Source: Eledone cirrhosa (lineage: Eukaryota). Taken from it: DNA of 64,000 bases. The stretch spans positions 53,568,001 to 53,632,000 of the forward strand of contig OZ024751.1 in assembly GCA_964016885.1 (NCBI GenBank), in the 5' to 3' direction. Within the stretch, counting starts at the first letter, position 1. Each line of letters begins with the position of its first letter. Shown piece after piece: positions 51,068 through 64,000 of the stretch. The translations under genes and the position numbers were made by a program. Under the pieces are notes generated by a model that ran no database searches, was not told where the DNA came from, and saw only the letters and a list, made by a program, of their open reading frames with translations.

Positions 51068-54000
51068 ATCATCATCATCATCATCGTTTAACGTCCATGT
51101 TCCACGCTTGCATGGGTTTGGACAGGAGTTTTCCCACTTGAGGCAAGAGTGGTTGTCTTGCTCGCATAGGACTGTCTGGCGGGTTTTCTACAGCTGGATG
51201 CCCTTCCTAACACCAACCACATTTACAGTGTGGGGCTGGGAGGTTTTTACCGTGTTGCCTACACGGCCACATTACAGCGTAGACTGTGTGTTTTTTTGTT
51301 GTGACACCTACATGATCTCATTTGTTTCGGCCTGGATGTTGTGGCACCAACATAACTTTACATTGGATGGGGTGGGGGTGGTGGGACGGGGTGTATTTTG
51401 TTAGAGATGCCTACTGACTGTAGTAGGTTTTACTTTGTATTTAGGTAAGGCGGGTCTTCTCTATTACTGAGTACCGCCAAAGATCTCGGTCCAGTGACAA
51501 TGTCTTGGAGAGGTGTAAGTGTGTGAGGTCGGAATTTATCAAGTCGTTCCAGGTTTTTCTGGGTCTGCCTACTCCGTGGCTACCGTCTATCTTTATTGCC
51601 CTGCACTTTTTTATACAGCTGTCGTCTTTCATGCGCATCACGTGACCATGCCAACGTAGCCTTCTCTCGAGTAAACAACATCTGATCCCTCTTATTTCTA
51701 ATTTTTCCCTTAGTTCGTTTATGCTTTGCCGTTCACGTATATTACTATTACACATCCAGCGGAGCATGCAAGCTTCGTTCCTCTCTAGTCTGCGTATATC
51801 CTCTGCACACAATGCCCAGGTCTCACTGCCATGCAACATTGCTGTTCGTATGCAGGCATCATACAACCTGCCTTTCATTTTTAGGGAGAACCCTTTAGCG
51901 GCTAATAGTGGTATAAGCTCTCTGAACTTTTTCCATCCAGTTCTGACTCTAGCTACTGTACTTTCAGAGCACCCTCCCCCACTGCTGATTTTGTCACCCA
52001 GGTAACGGAAGCTGTCCACTATTTCTATAGAACCCTCTGCGCAATTGAAAGAGCTTGTATTTTGTGAGCACTTGCTGCTACTTATTGCACCAGAGCACTG
52101 GCCACATGTAAAATCTATGTTCTTAGTTAGCTTACCTGTGATCCCACTACATCTTTTATGCACCCATACTTTGCATTTGGGACATAAAATGGAGTTTCTA
52201 CCTACGCCTTTCCTACACACTGAGCATGGCCATTTCCCGGAAGGGACCGGCGCCTTATTTTCTTTCCTACAAACTAGAACTTTAGTCTTAGCCAGGTTAA
52301 TTTTAAGGCCTTTTGATTCCATGTTTGGAATTTCTTCTCTAGCTCGGCCATTGATTCAGCTATGAGCGTTAGATCGTCTGCGTTTAGGAGTTCCCATGGG
52401 CAGCCGGTCTTGAACTCCACTGTTATAGCCTGAAGGGCAATAATAAATAGTAGGGGGCTAAGAACAGAGCCCTGATGAACACCAACTTTTACGCTAAACT
52501 CTTCACTATATTCGTTGTTAATTCTAACCTTGCTGACTGTTTCTTTATACATGGCTTGTATAGCTCTCACAAGCCATTCGTCAACACCTAGTTTTCTAAG
52601 AGCCCACCAGATAATGGAACGGGGGACTCTGTCGAAGGCTTTCTCCAAGTCGACAAAAGCTAAGTATAGGGGTTTACTTTTAGCTAGGTACTTCTCCTGT
52701 AGTTGTCGTACAATGAAAAGAGCGTCTGTGGTACTTTTGCCTGACACAAACCCGAACTGCATTTCATCTAGATCAATTCTCTCTCTGATTAGTTGCGCTA
52801 TTACTTTTTCCGTGACCTTCATGACCTGGTCGATTAATTTAATGCCTCTATAGTTACTCCTATCTAGGGCATCTCCTTTACCCTTGTAACAGTTAATGAT
52901 GATGATGCTACGTCAGTCCTTCGGAACAACCCCATTCTGTATGACTTGGTTTACTATCCAGGTGACCATGGTGTGTCCCACCGTTCCAGAGGCTTTCAGC
53001 ATCTCAGCAACTATTTCCGAAGGCCCAGCCGCCTTACCCGTCTTCATATCTTTGATTGCCTTACTTATTACACTACCTTCGACTAACACTGCTGGTCCTT
53101 CTATTGGGTTGATATGGGGGAGACTGTCTTTCTCCCATTTATTCTCCTCATTTAGTAGCCTTTCATAGTGACACTTCCAAGCTACCTTCTTATCAGCGTC
53201 AGTGATGGCAAGTACGCCATCATCATTAAGTACACACTTCTCCCCAACAATATCACGGTTTTCCTTGACACATTGCCTAGCAATCCTGAACACCTCACGT
53301 TTTTGGTCCTCGCGTTGTAGAACATGCTTGAACTTTCTTTCCTCTGCTTCCCTTCTTGCAAAGTACACTTGTCTCCTAGCTTCCCTTTTGGCCACTTGAT
53401 AGTCTTCTCTACTTCCCCCATCCCGCCATACTTTCCAAGCCTGCTTTTTGGCCTTAATTGACTCCTCCACCTTACTGTTCCACCACCATGTTACTCTCCT
53501 CCTGCCTACAGGCCTGCTCCGGCCACAGACTTCGTCTGCCGCCATCAGCAGGTTTGCTTTCAGGAATTCCCACTGTTCCTCTATATTGTACGATTCTAAT
53601 TGCTCTTCCTTACTGTCAAATGCATCAAGTAATATGCTTTTAAATTTATTTCTGGCTGTGGGGTCCTTTAGCTTCCATATTTTTCTCCAGAGGATAGTCC
53701 TCTTCTGCTGTCTAGTACGTCTCGTCCTGACTATTAGGTCGCTAATTATCAGTCTATGTTGGGAGGTGCCTTCTTCGTGGGGGAGGGATTTAGTGTTTAC
53801 AACAGACACTCTGTCACATCTTCTGGTAAGGATATAATCTACCTGGCTTGTGTGTTCCCCCGATCTATAGGTGATCAGGTGATTGTCACGTTTTTTGAAG
53901 TTAGTGTTACAGATAGTTAGGTTATTTGCATCACAGAATTCCAGGATTCTGGAGCCTTCCTCATTTCTAGTACCAAACCCATAGCCTCCATGGATTCCGT

Positions 54001-54579
54001 CATAGCCGTCACAATGTTGTCCAACGTGACCATTTAGGTCACCTGCAATAATTATATAGTCACTGTCGGTTATTTGGGAGGTAGTGAGCATCAGTGTCTC
54101 ATAGAATCTGTCTTTTATAGTGCCGGGCAGTCCGGATTGTGGTGCGTACGCAGATATTACTGTCACAGTAGGTCTATTGAGGACATGTCATATTTTAATT
54201 ATTCTGTCGTTCACTCTATTTACGTCTATTATCTTATCTGCCCACTTTTCTGCTACCATGATTCCTACTCCACCCAGCCCATTGTCATTTCCGACCCAGA
54301 AAAGCTTATAGCATCGTTCTTTACCCATGATGAATCTAGCAGACCCACCCCTCCACCTGGTCTCTTGAATACAACAAACATCGACCTCCTTACATTCAAG
54401 CATTTCTACAACCTCGTTAGAGCGACCGTTTAAGGTGCCTACATTCATGGTACCAACTCTGAAGTTTTGGATTGCGTTTGGAGGGTGGGAGCGGTGGGGC
54501 GCAGGGGCAGATGGGGTTATGTTAGCCATCCGTGGCCGAAACAAAGAGGAGGAGTGCTTGCATTCTCGTCCACGAGGTG

Positions 54580-54582
<3 letters not shown>
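51068..54582 (-). mobile_element. RTE-clade LINE subfamily A, copy 2 (near full length, inactivated)
   Basis: ORF pieces 54188-54544, 52913-54166, 52274-52822 and 51441-52322. It has two premature stops, a frameshift near 52320, and YADD changed to NADD. Confidence 0.95.
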
Positions 54583-54621
<39 letters not shown>

Positions 54622-54689
54622 GGTACTGAAGATTAAAATTCCATGGTCTTAATGATGCTTATTATCAAAGTCAATAATTGGTGATAATT

Positions 54690-54898
54690 ACCCTTTGCCA
54701 TTCATGTATATTACTATTACACATCCATCGGAGCATGTGAGCTTCATTTCTTTCTAATCTTTGCAGGTCTTCTGCACACAGTACCCATGTCTCACTACCA
54801 TACAGTATTGCTGTTTGTATATATGCATCATACAAACTGCCCTGCATTTTTGAGGGAAAAAAACCCTTTATAACTAGCAGTGGAAGTAGCTCCCTAAA
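54690..54898 (-). mobile_element. old RTE fragment
   Basis: FRELLPLL...LYDAYIQTAILYGSETW...LERNEAHMLRWMC. Confidence 0.8.
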
Positions 54899-54984
54899 AC
54901 ACATACACACACATATATGTGTGTGCGTGCGTGTGTGTAAAAAATATATATATGTGTGGGTATGTAGTATATATATATATATGT

Positions 54985-55670
54985 GTGTGTGTGTGTAAGT
55001 GCATATGAGTGTGGTTGTGTGTGTATCAAATATATATGTGTGTGTGTGTAAGTGCACATGAGTGTGGTTGTGTGTGTATAAAATATATATATGTGTGTGT
55101 GTAAGTGCATATGAGTGTGGTTGTGTGTGTATCAAATATATATGTGTGTGTGTAAGTGCACATGAGTGTGGTTGTGTGTGTATAAAATATATATATGTGT
55201 AAGTGCACATGAGTGTGATTGTGTGTGTATAACATATATATATGTGTGTGTGTAAGTGCATATGAGTGTGGTTGTGTGTGTATAAAATATATATATGTGT
55301 AAGTGCACATGAGTGTGATTGTGTGTGTATAACATATATATATGTGTGTGTGTAAGTGCATATGAGTGTGGTTGTGTGTGTATAAAATATATATATGTGT
55401 GTGTGTGTAAGTGCATATGAGTGTGGTTGTGTGTGTATAAAATATATATGTGTGTGTGTGTAAGTGCATATGAGTGTGGTTGTGTGTGTATAAAATATAT
55501 ATGTGTGTGTGTGTAAGTGCATATGAGTGTGGTTGTGTGTGTATCAAATATATATGTGTGTGTGTAAGTGCACATGAGTGTGGTTGTGTGTGTATAAAAT
55601 ATATATATGTGTGTGTGTGTAAGTGCATATGAGTGTGGTTGTGTGTGTATAAAATATATATATGTGTGTA
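54985..55670. repeat. ~50-60-bp minisatellite (gtaagtgcaYatgagtgtggttgtgtgtgtat...)
   Basis: Roughly a dozen copies visible. Confidence 0.9.
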
Positions 55671-56055
55671 TGTATGTGTGTATCTGTATATGTGCAACAT
55701 CGTATGGTTTATCAATGGGGTCTATTTTACTCAGTGAAGCTACTAAATATATGTTCTTTAAAGATATTTTATGTGATACGTGTGAATATATGAATTGAAA
55801 GCCACTCATTAATAGTTGGACATTAACCTTCACCATTATGTAAATTTCCTTATAAATGCCATATTTGATGAGCTCTTACAAGTGAAACAATGGTGGCTCT
55901 TGTAGCAATTGACTAGAATTGTAGCAATATTCATAGAAACCCTCCATCTTTAAGGCATTCAGATATCATCGTTAAGACTTGGAGTTAGTCTCATTATAAA
56001 TAGCAAGGCAACAAATATGAATATGTGTGCTTGTGTGTATACACATGCACACATA

Positions 56056-56092
<37 letters not shown>

Positions 56093-56207
56093 TGAAAGAG
56101 AGGCAGAGGATACTAAATAAGAATGAATATATATATATATATATATATATAGGAACCAGTAAGACCCCGACAGCTGAGCTCAAGCCGTTTCGACGGCTAA
56201 TTCTGGA

Positions 56208-56272
<65 letters not shown>

Positions 56273-56305
56273 GAGACTATATAAATATATACATACATGC
56301 ATATA

Positions 56306-56643
56306 TCATCATCATTTTACATCATCATTTTATGTCCATTTTTCCCAGCTTGCAAGTGTGGGAAGGGAACTGATTCTGGCTTGATTTCTACAGCTGGATG
56401 CCCTTCCTAACACCAACCTCATTTACAGTGAGTGCTGGGTGCTTTTTTGCCCTGGCGCCTACACGACCACTTTGCAGTGGAATGATAGGGACCCCAGTCC
56501 CTATCTTCTCATTTCTACAGCTGAGTAAACTGGAGCAATGTGAAATAAAGTGTCTTGCTCAAGGAAACAACACATCACCCGGTCTGAGAATTGAACTCAC
56601 AACCTTTCGATTGCAAGGCCAATGCTCTAACACTAAGCCATGC
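56306..56643 (-). mobile_element. SINE family R
   Basis: Reverse complement of 18412-18762. Confidence 0.85.
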
Positions 56644-56762
56644 TGTCAACTACATGGATATATATAAGTATATATATCCATGTAGTTGACAGCTGAGAGA
56701 AAGGGGTAATCAATACCGAAGTAGAGTTTTAATATTTATTGTATTAAGGCTAAACATTGAGT

Positions 56763-56810
56763 CTTGTTACTCTGGAGTTTCACCTGTTTATTAAAGGGTC
56801 ATTGGACAAG
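56763..56810 (-). ncRNA. degenerate hammerhead (family F) in an inverted-repeat element spanning ~56643-56850
   Basis: Minus strand: cttgt CCAATGA ccct..acaggt GAAA ctc-ca-gag TA acaag. The inverted arm reads cttgt CGGATGA ccctg..cagg. Confidence 0.55.
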
Positions 56811-57094
56811 AACTTATCTTGTCGGATGACCCTGTGATAAACAGGCAAATTTGCAATCGTGAGGTTGTGAACTTGATTCCTGGACCAGGCGATGCATTAT
56901 GTCCTTTAGCAAGACACTTTATTTCATGATGCTCCTTCTACCTGGAGTTGCGACCAATAGATAGTATTAGCAATTGGAAAGACCAATGGAAACATTGTTT
57001 CCTCAGTCCAATTTGATGATAGTCGATCGACTGTCAATATATATACTCATTGCATTAACACTATATAGTGAGTGTGTATGTATATATATATGCA

Positions 57095-57543
57095 GAGGTT
57101 ATATTTAATTTGTTGGTATTCAACAAGCTTAAACATTTTTATAACTGATATAAAGCACTCAACAGGTTAGTGGAGTAAATACACAATATATTAATAAATG
57201 GAAACTATATTTATAAAACCATATTTATTTTATTATATATATTTCAAGGGCAACCAAGGCAAATTGTGGTGCGCTTTCATCAGATAAAATACAGATTTGT
57301 TTTATAAATAAATAAATATTGACATACCCAGAAAAAAGACAACCTGAATGGTTCCTATCCAGGAAGCTTCAACCGTTAAGGTTGTCTTTTTTCCGGGTAT
57401 GTCAATATTTATTTATTTATAAAACAAATCTGCATTTTATCTGATGAAAGCGCACCATAATTTGCCTTGGTTGCCCTTGAAATATATATAATAAAATAAA
57501 TATGGTTTTATAAATATAGTTTCCATTTATTAATATATTGTAT
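57095..57543 (-). mobile_element. family A palindrome plus tail, hammerheads at 57226-57291 (minus) and 57433-57498 (plus)
   Basis: TCATCAG at 57277-57283, CTGATGA at 57441-57447, GAAA-tatata-TA. The minus-strand tail reads actcc...tgttgagtgcttt. Confidence 0.8.
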
Positions 57544-57886
57544 ATATATATATATGTGTGTGTGTGTAGAGAGAATGAGATAGATAGATGTATATATAGT
57601 AATAGAGTGAAAAAGAGGCAGACAGAGAGAGAGGGAAAGGCAGATCGATAGAGAGAGAAAGAGAGGTGGAATTTTCATTTTTATTGAATGATCGCTTGCT
57701 ATTGATTTTGCCATCGATATTTCATTAGAAAATATACTAAAATCTATTTGTTCAGCATATATAAATTTGTTTGTATTCCTGTGGGGATACAACTTGCCAA
57801 CCCCCTCCATCAATTCTATTGTTTCAATATCACAGACACAATCAGCTAAGTATTGTCACTTCACTTATCCTTATTATATATCATTA

Positions 57887-58522
57887 TTAACTTTGCCTTT
57901 CATCCTTACAGGGGTTGATAAAATAAAGTACCAGTAATACACTGGGATAATTGCTGGCCTTGTGCCAAAAGTAGAAACAATTATTATCATCATAAGGAGG
58001 TGAATTGGCAGTATTAGTAGAGGGTCAGACGCCATGCTTTGCAGCACAGAGTTACGGCCCTTTACGATCTGAGTTCAAATCCCGCCGAGGTTAACTTTGC
58101 CTTTCATCCTTACGGGGTTGATAAAATAAAGTACCAGTAATGTACTGGGATAATTGCTGGCCTCGTGCCAAAAGTAGAAACAATTATTATCAAAGGATTG
58201 GTAGTATCGGTAGAGGGTCAGACGCCATACTTTAACGCAGAGAGTTACGGCCCTTGCCATTCTGAGTTCAAATCCTGTCAAGGTTAACTTTGCCTTTCAT
58301 CCTTACGGGGTCGATAAAATAAAGCACCAGTAACATACTGGGGTCGATTTAATTGACTTTCGCCTTCTCCAAATTACTGACCTTGTGCCTATACTAGAAA
58401 TCGAGTTCAAATCCCGCCGAGGTTAACTTTGCCTTTCATCCTTACGGGGTCGATAAAATAAAGTACCAGTAATGTACTGGGTAATTGCTGGCCTTGTGTC
58501 AAAAGTAGAAACAATTATTATT
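57887..58522 (+). mobile_element. head-to-tail cluster of four SINE family M copies
   Basis: Central domain at ~57895, 58098, 58291 and 58430. Confidence 0.85.
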
Positions 58523-59993
58523 GACTATTGAGGTGGAAGCCATGTTCACATCTGCTCCATTGACTTTCTATTGTTGTTATATGTTTTGACCGCCTCTCTA
58601 AACAGCAGCAACAACAAGAGTAGTTTTGCAGGCAGCCACAGTTGCAAAAGCACAAACTCTGTACATGATATTATAGATGTGTAATTTGTTGTTAATGTCT
58701 ATATAATGGAAAAATGAGTCTTTTTTCCAAACAGAATGTAAAGTTTGTCACACCTTTTGAGAATGACGAAGTAAAGACCTGTATTTCACAATTCTCTCAC
58801 ACTTTTGTTTTTCTTGCATGTCACTACCACATAGATGGCAAGGATCTGCTTCTTTTGGTGTATCCAGGAGATTGTTTTCCTGTAAAAATGTAACTGCTGT
58901 TTCTTCTGTTAAAATCACAACATTTTAGTAGGTTTACACTGATGTTACCATGTTCAATATGAGAAGGATATTGATGTGGGTGTTCATTGATTGCCCTTTT
59001 ATATCAACTTATACATGAGAACATATATTGCAGGCTAAAGGTCATTTCACTGAGTGGAAACAGATACAGCGGTAGACCGCACACTAAAGTAGCACCAGAT
59101 GATCATTCTCTCTCTCTCTCGCTTCCCCTCTCTCTCCCTGCTCCTCTCTCTCTCTCTCTTGCTTCCCTCTCTTTCTCCCTGCTCCTCTCTCTCCCTCCCC
59201 CCCCCCCCTTGCTCCCTCTCTCGCCTTCTCTCTCTTTTGTATAGGGGCTTGTGAAAAACTGATAATTTTGCTTCATTTTTTTCATCCTATCTTGAATATT
59301 GGCTGTGCCAATTTTTTTTACCCGACTGACCGAGTAACATTTAAAGAGCTAAACAAATATTTAAATGGAATCACAATGAAAATGTTACAAACAAAAAATA
59401 TGTTTTAAATATTGACAAAGAATGATGAAGGGGAAAACATAATCAAGAATTATTTGAAGTTATTGATAGAAATTTGTAGAAGTTGTAACAGCAAACAAAT
59501 GTGGTTTTCGCTAAATGCTACTATTATTGACATGTAATGAAACAAACAAATATTTAAAATGGATGACAGCGAAAATGTCATTAGAAAGAATTATCTTTTA
59601 AATATGAAACAATAATGAATAAATAAAAACTTTTCAATGAATAATGTTCCCAAATATTGACTGGACCAATTATGAAAAAAAAAAGAAGAAAATGATATCA
59701 TATTAATGAAATATTTTTAGTGACAAAATTGAGTGATAATCCAAGGAAAGGAAAGATAGTAGGTATAAGTAATGGATAAAAATGCACAGCACTAATGGCA
59801 GGGTTATAAATATTTTAGAATTAAATTCATACACGTAAGGACTGTATGGATTGCAATAAATGCTATACAAACCAACATACATACACAAATATGCATTTAT
59901 ATATATATATATATACGTGTGTGCGTGTATATGTATATATGTGTGTGTCTATATATATATATATGTATGTGTGTGTGTATATATATATATGTA

Positions 59994-60025
<32 letters not shown>

Positions 60026-60177
60026 CACACACATACATATATATATATATATACACACACACACATATATATATACACATACACATATATACATATACAC
60101 GCACACACGTATACATACACAAATATGCATTTATATATATATACGTGTATGCGTGTATATGTATATATGTGTGTGTC

Positions 60178-60208
<31 letters not shown>

Positions 60209-60227
60209 ATATATATATATATATGTA

Positions 60228-60274
<47 letters not shown>

Positions 60275-60480
60275 TTACTTTTAATATATTGTACACCTAA
60301 ATATAAATTTGAGAAAATGAAGCTCTACAAATTATATTTTTTAGCATATAAAATATTGGAACTATTTTAAGGTGTAATATGACTGAAATAGTTTTTATTT
60401 TCGTCTATTATTAGATACACACACACACACACATATTACATGTTATCCATGTGCAACCTGCAGTATTCTTCTCCCCATTT

Positions 60481-60521
<41 letters not shown>

Positions 60522-60915
60522 ATACAATAACAGAGATAGTTTAAAGCTAAACTCTGACTGGTAACCATCTCACTCAACAAACATTAGGTTATATTTTAAT
60601 ATAAACCCAATTTAAGTGTTTGGGGTGCTAACAAAATGTATTATGTGGAAAAGCCAGTTGTATTATTTTATGAGATATAATTAAAGTTAAAATACATCTC
60701 TCTTTCCAAACAATTGTTTCATTATAAGTTTTCTACAAATAGGGAGAATATTTCCAGTTTATGTAGAAGCCTAATATACATTCATGTAAGAATATATTTA
60801 GGTGGGCGCTTATAAATCATCAGTGGAAGCCCATTAAACTTTGATATAAGAAAAAAATTCTTACCGCAGTTAAAAATCGTGTCTGTTAAGTTGCTCCTTC
60901 CCGCATCGAATGACC

Positions 60916-60954
<39 letters not shown>

Positions 60955-60959
<5 letters not shown>

Positions 60960-61273
60960 TTAGTGGTTAGAGCATTGGCCTTGCAATCGAAAGGTTGTGA
61001 GTTCAATTCTCAGACCGGGTGATGTGTTGCTTCCTTGAGCAAGACACTTTATTTCACATTGCTCCAGTTTACTCAGCTGTAGAAATGAGATGATAGGGAA
61101 TGGGGTCCCTATCATTCCACTGCAAAGGGGTCGTGGAGGTGCCACGGCAAAAAAAACACCCAGCACTCACTGTAAATGAGGTTGGTGTTAGGAAGGGCAT
61201 CCAGCTGTAGAAATCAAGCCAGAATCAGTTCCCGTCCCACCCTTGCAAGCAGGGAAAAGCAGACGTAAAATGA

Positions 61274-61277
<4 letters not shown>
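60955..61277 (+). mobile_element. SINE family R, near full length
   Basis: tRNA head, core and RTE-B tail. Confidence 0.85.
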
Positions 61278-61342
<65 letters not shown>

Positions 61343-61345
<3 letters not shown>

Positions 61346-61640
61346 TCATCATCATCATTATCATTTTACGTCCGCTTTTCCCTGCTTGCAAGGGTGGGAC
61401 GGGTCTTATTCAGCACAGCATCTCTCCACTCGTCACGGTCCCTCGTCATCTCCACCGTGAGCTTCAATGATCTGAGGTCTGTTCTCACCATCGCCGCCCA
61501 TGGTTTTCGAGGTCTACCTCTACCACGTCTTCCTTCAACTGGCATTTCCTGGCACTTCTTCACCCATCGGTCATCCTCCATGCGCATCACATGTCCATAC
61601 CACCTCAGTCTCCTCTCCTGTACACTACATTCTATCCCTC
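61343..61640 (-). mobile_element. RTE subfamily B 3' fragment
   Basis: MMRMEDDRWVKKC...GRPRKPW...TLASREKRT-stop, then (TGA)n. Confidence 0.85.
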
Positions 61641-61823
61641 ACATTTATGCACATATATATATATAATAAAAAGTATAAAGAGATGCGATACAGATTGTTA
61701 TTTGCCAAAATAATCAGGGTTAAATATTAGAGGGGTTAATATTTAGTGTACGAAGATAAGCAGTGGTTATAAGCGAAAATATTAATGAAGGAGTTGCAAG
61801 CCATTAAAATATATTTATATTTG

Positions 61824-61860
61824 TCTCAGAAGAGCCCCATTGGGCGAAACATATGTAAGA
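61824..61860 (+). ncRNA. minimal hammerhead with CAGAAGA core (family G), in the loop of inverted repeat 61768-61920
   Basis: tct CAGAAGA gccc-catt-gggc GAAA catatg TA aga. Confidence 0.6.
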
Positions 61861-61963
61861 GCTTTGTATATAAATATATTTTAACGGCTTGCAACTCCTT
61901 CATTAATATTTTCGTTTATATATATATATTATATATATATATTATATATATATATAATATATA

Positions 61964-62338
61964 TATATTCATTCAAAATATTAACAAAAATAGAGCTTCA
62001 TTGTGATCAAGTATATTTTATTATACATATTTCAGAGGTACTGAGCTAACTTCAACAGTACGTCCTCATCAGATAAAATAAGATGATGCATGACATTCCC
62101 TGACATAATGGTTAAGATCCAGTCCATCATCTTATTTTATCTGATGAGGACGTACTGTTGAACTTAACTCAGTACCTCTGAAATATGTATAATAAAATAT
62201 ACTTGATCACAATGAAGCTCTATTTTTGTTAATATTTTGAATGAATATTAATAACTCCGGAAAACCATTACTGTTGAGTGCTTCCAATCTATTGTAAAAC
62301 TAATTCTTTGATTTATTCATTGAACCTTGTTTAACCTT

Positions 62339-62341
<3 letters not shown>
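61964..62341 (+). mobile_element. family H palindrome plus tail, hammerheads at 62014-62080 (minus) and 62133-62199 (plus)
   Basis: tattttat CTGATGA(62141) ggacgtactg...cagtacctct GAAA(62180) tatgta TA ataaaata, and tail actcc...tgttgagtgctt. Confidence 0.82.
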
Positions 62342-62426
<85 letters not shown>

Positions 62427-62866
62427 TACGTCTAACCAATGCGGACATGGAAAATGGACGATCAATGATGATGGTATATATGTTGTTGGACCTTTGGCAG
62501 TTCTAACAAGTGTTCTAATTTTTCAAACAACAGAACAGCCTGCTCATGAAATTAACGTGCAAGTGGCTGAGCATTCTCCAAACACATGCATACTTAGCAA
62601 AGTTCACAGAGAGAGTCAGTGTGACACAGCATGTGACAAGGTTGGCCTACTCAATTACAGGTACAACTGCCCAAGGACACCACCAGGAATCAAATGCATG
62701 ACCTAACAAATGTGAGCCAAATACCCTAAACACTCAGCCAGATGTTTTCACATGCACACACTGATGTGTGTGTTGGGAAATTGCATGCCAGCAAGGTGGC
62801 TGATAAGGAAGAGATGCAGTTGTTTGTTCCTGTTAAGTAACTGTTTTTCTGTATGCATTTTCTTCT

Positions 62867-62903
<37 letters not shown>

Positions 62904-63074
62904 CTTCATTATCACCGTCTCTTTTTCAATGTTTGCATGGGTTAGATGGGTTGTCCACGTTATGAGACAAGTCTGGCCATACCTTACTCAGAACTGTATT
63001 TTGGCAGGGTTGTTTTGAAACTGGAAGCCATTCCTAATATCAACCAAATAAATATATATATATATATATATATA

Positions 63075-63300
63075 TAGTAATAATAATAAATTTGAAGACA
63101 AAATACAAAGAGGGCTCGATAAGGATAAATATATATCAAATATATAAGAACCATAGAGCAAATATTTATTAAAATAACAGATTAAAGTTTAAGCAAAGAA
63201 TTGCTGCTTTCACCCTTAACGGGATCTTCTGAAGATCCTGTTAAGGGTGAAAGCAGCGATTCTTTGCTTAAACGTTAATCTGTTATTTTAATAAATATAT
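63075..63300 (-). mobile_element. PLE-type palindrome (63162-63298) plus tail (family I); a fragment also lies at 46092-46180
   Basis: Palindrome centred on gatcttctgaagatc. The minus-strand tail reads gctct...atcgagccct. Confidence 0.6.
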
Positions 63301-63305
63301 ATATA

Positions 63306-63612
63306 TCATCATCATCATCATCATCATCATTTTACGTCCGCTTTTCTCTGCTTGCAAGGGTGGGACGGGAACTGATTCTGGCTTGATTTCTACAGTTGGA
63401 TGCCCTTCCTAACACCAACTTCATTTACAGTGAGTGCTGCGTGCTTTTTGCCATGGCACCTCCACGACCACTTTGCAGTGGAATGATATGGACCGCAGTC
63501 CCTATCATCTCATTTCTACAGCTGAGTAAACTGGAGCAATGTGAAATAAAGTGTCTTGCTCAAGGAAACAACACATCACCCGGTCTGAGAATTGAACTCA
63601 CAACCTTTCGAT

Positions 63613-63616
<4 letters not shown>
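63306..63616 (-). mobile_element. SINE family R
   Basis: Reverse complement of 18412-18762. Confidence 0.85.
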
Positions 63617-63658
<42 letters not shown>

Positions 63659-63836
63659 CCATTAAAAGATAGTGGGAAATAGAAATGCTTAAATAAGCAA
63701 AAGCACACACACAAAATGCCAGCACCAACAGTTTTGCAAGAGATGTCAACATGAATGGACCTGTTATTTTTATCTAAAGACATTTTTCCCAATTCCAACC
63801 CGCCTGTCCCCCCAATCAATCTTATTTCTCATTCTT

Positions 63837-63872
63837 TCTTCTGATGAAGGACTAGCGTCCAAAACTTTAAGA
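63837..63872 (+). ncRNA. decayed minimal hammerhead
   Basis: tctt CTGATGA a ggac-tagc-gtcc AAAA ct TT aaga, with GAAA mutated to AAAA. Confidence 0.5.
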
Positions 63873-64000
63873 TCCTCTTCCTGCTATATCAAGTGTTAAC
63901 CTAATATATACCTTCCATATACTGTACTGATTGTGTTGTTATTTCTGTTTACCTTTTACATGTATATATATATATATATATATAATGTGTTTGTGTGTGT

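Noticed and set aside
52910-54190. In-frame TGA codons in RTE copy 2 as selenocysteine or readthrough
   Set aside because: They replace Trp and Arg codons present in copy 1 and co-occur with a frameshift and the NADD mutation, so this is ordinary decay.
63226-63275. Hammerhead CTGAAGA tcct-gttaa-gggt GAAA in the family I palindrome
   Set aside because: Stem II is plausible, but there is no paired stem III or UH and no stem I. Not called.

Overview
This is AT-rich, microsatellite-saturated eukaryotic DNA. The repeat families suggest an octopus-type cephalopod genome (inference). I can support no host protein-coding gene; nearly all ORF-track entries are translations of (TA)n/(CA)n/(GAA)n repeats. 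The window is a mosaic of mobile DNA: two near-full-length but disabled RTE-clade LINEs carrying a PHD finger, several shorter RTE fragments, two abundant tRNA-derived SINE families, a Helitron Rep pseudogene, R4/Dong-like and Vingi/Ingi-like LINE 3' ends, a mariner end and large minisatellites. The main hidden signal is RNA structure. About 18 intact or near-intact type I hammerhead ribozyme (HHR) motifs, plus several decayed ones, occur in roughly 8 unrelated families of Penelope-like element (PLE)-type inverted-repeat inserts in (TA)n. The clearest case is a retrozyme-like array at 22942-24595: identical 310-bp structured monomers, each with one HHR, with the first ~1.3 monomers inverted. 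One family has a non-canonical CCGANGA core and is linked to a PLE endonuclease C-terminus. Unrelated families share a 3' hairpin whose position coincides with the element boundary. All structures were folded by eye, and repeat coordinates are approximate.
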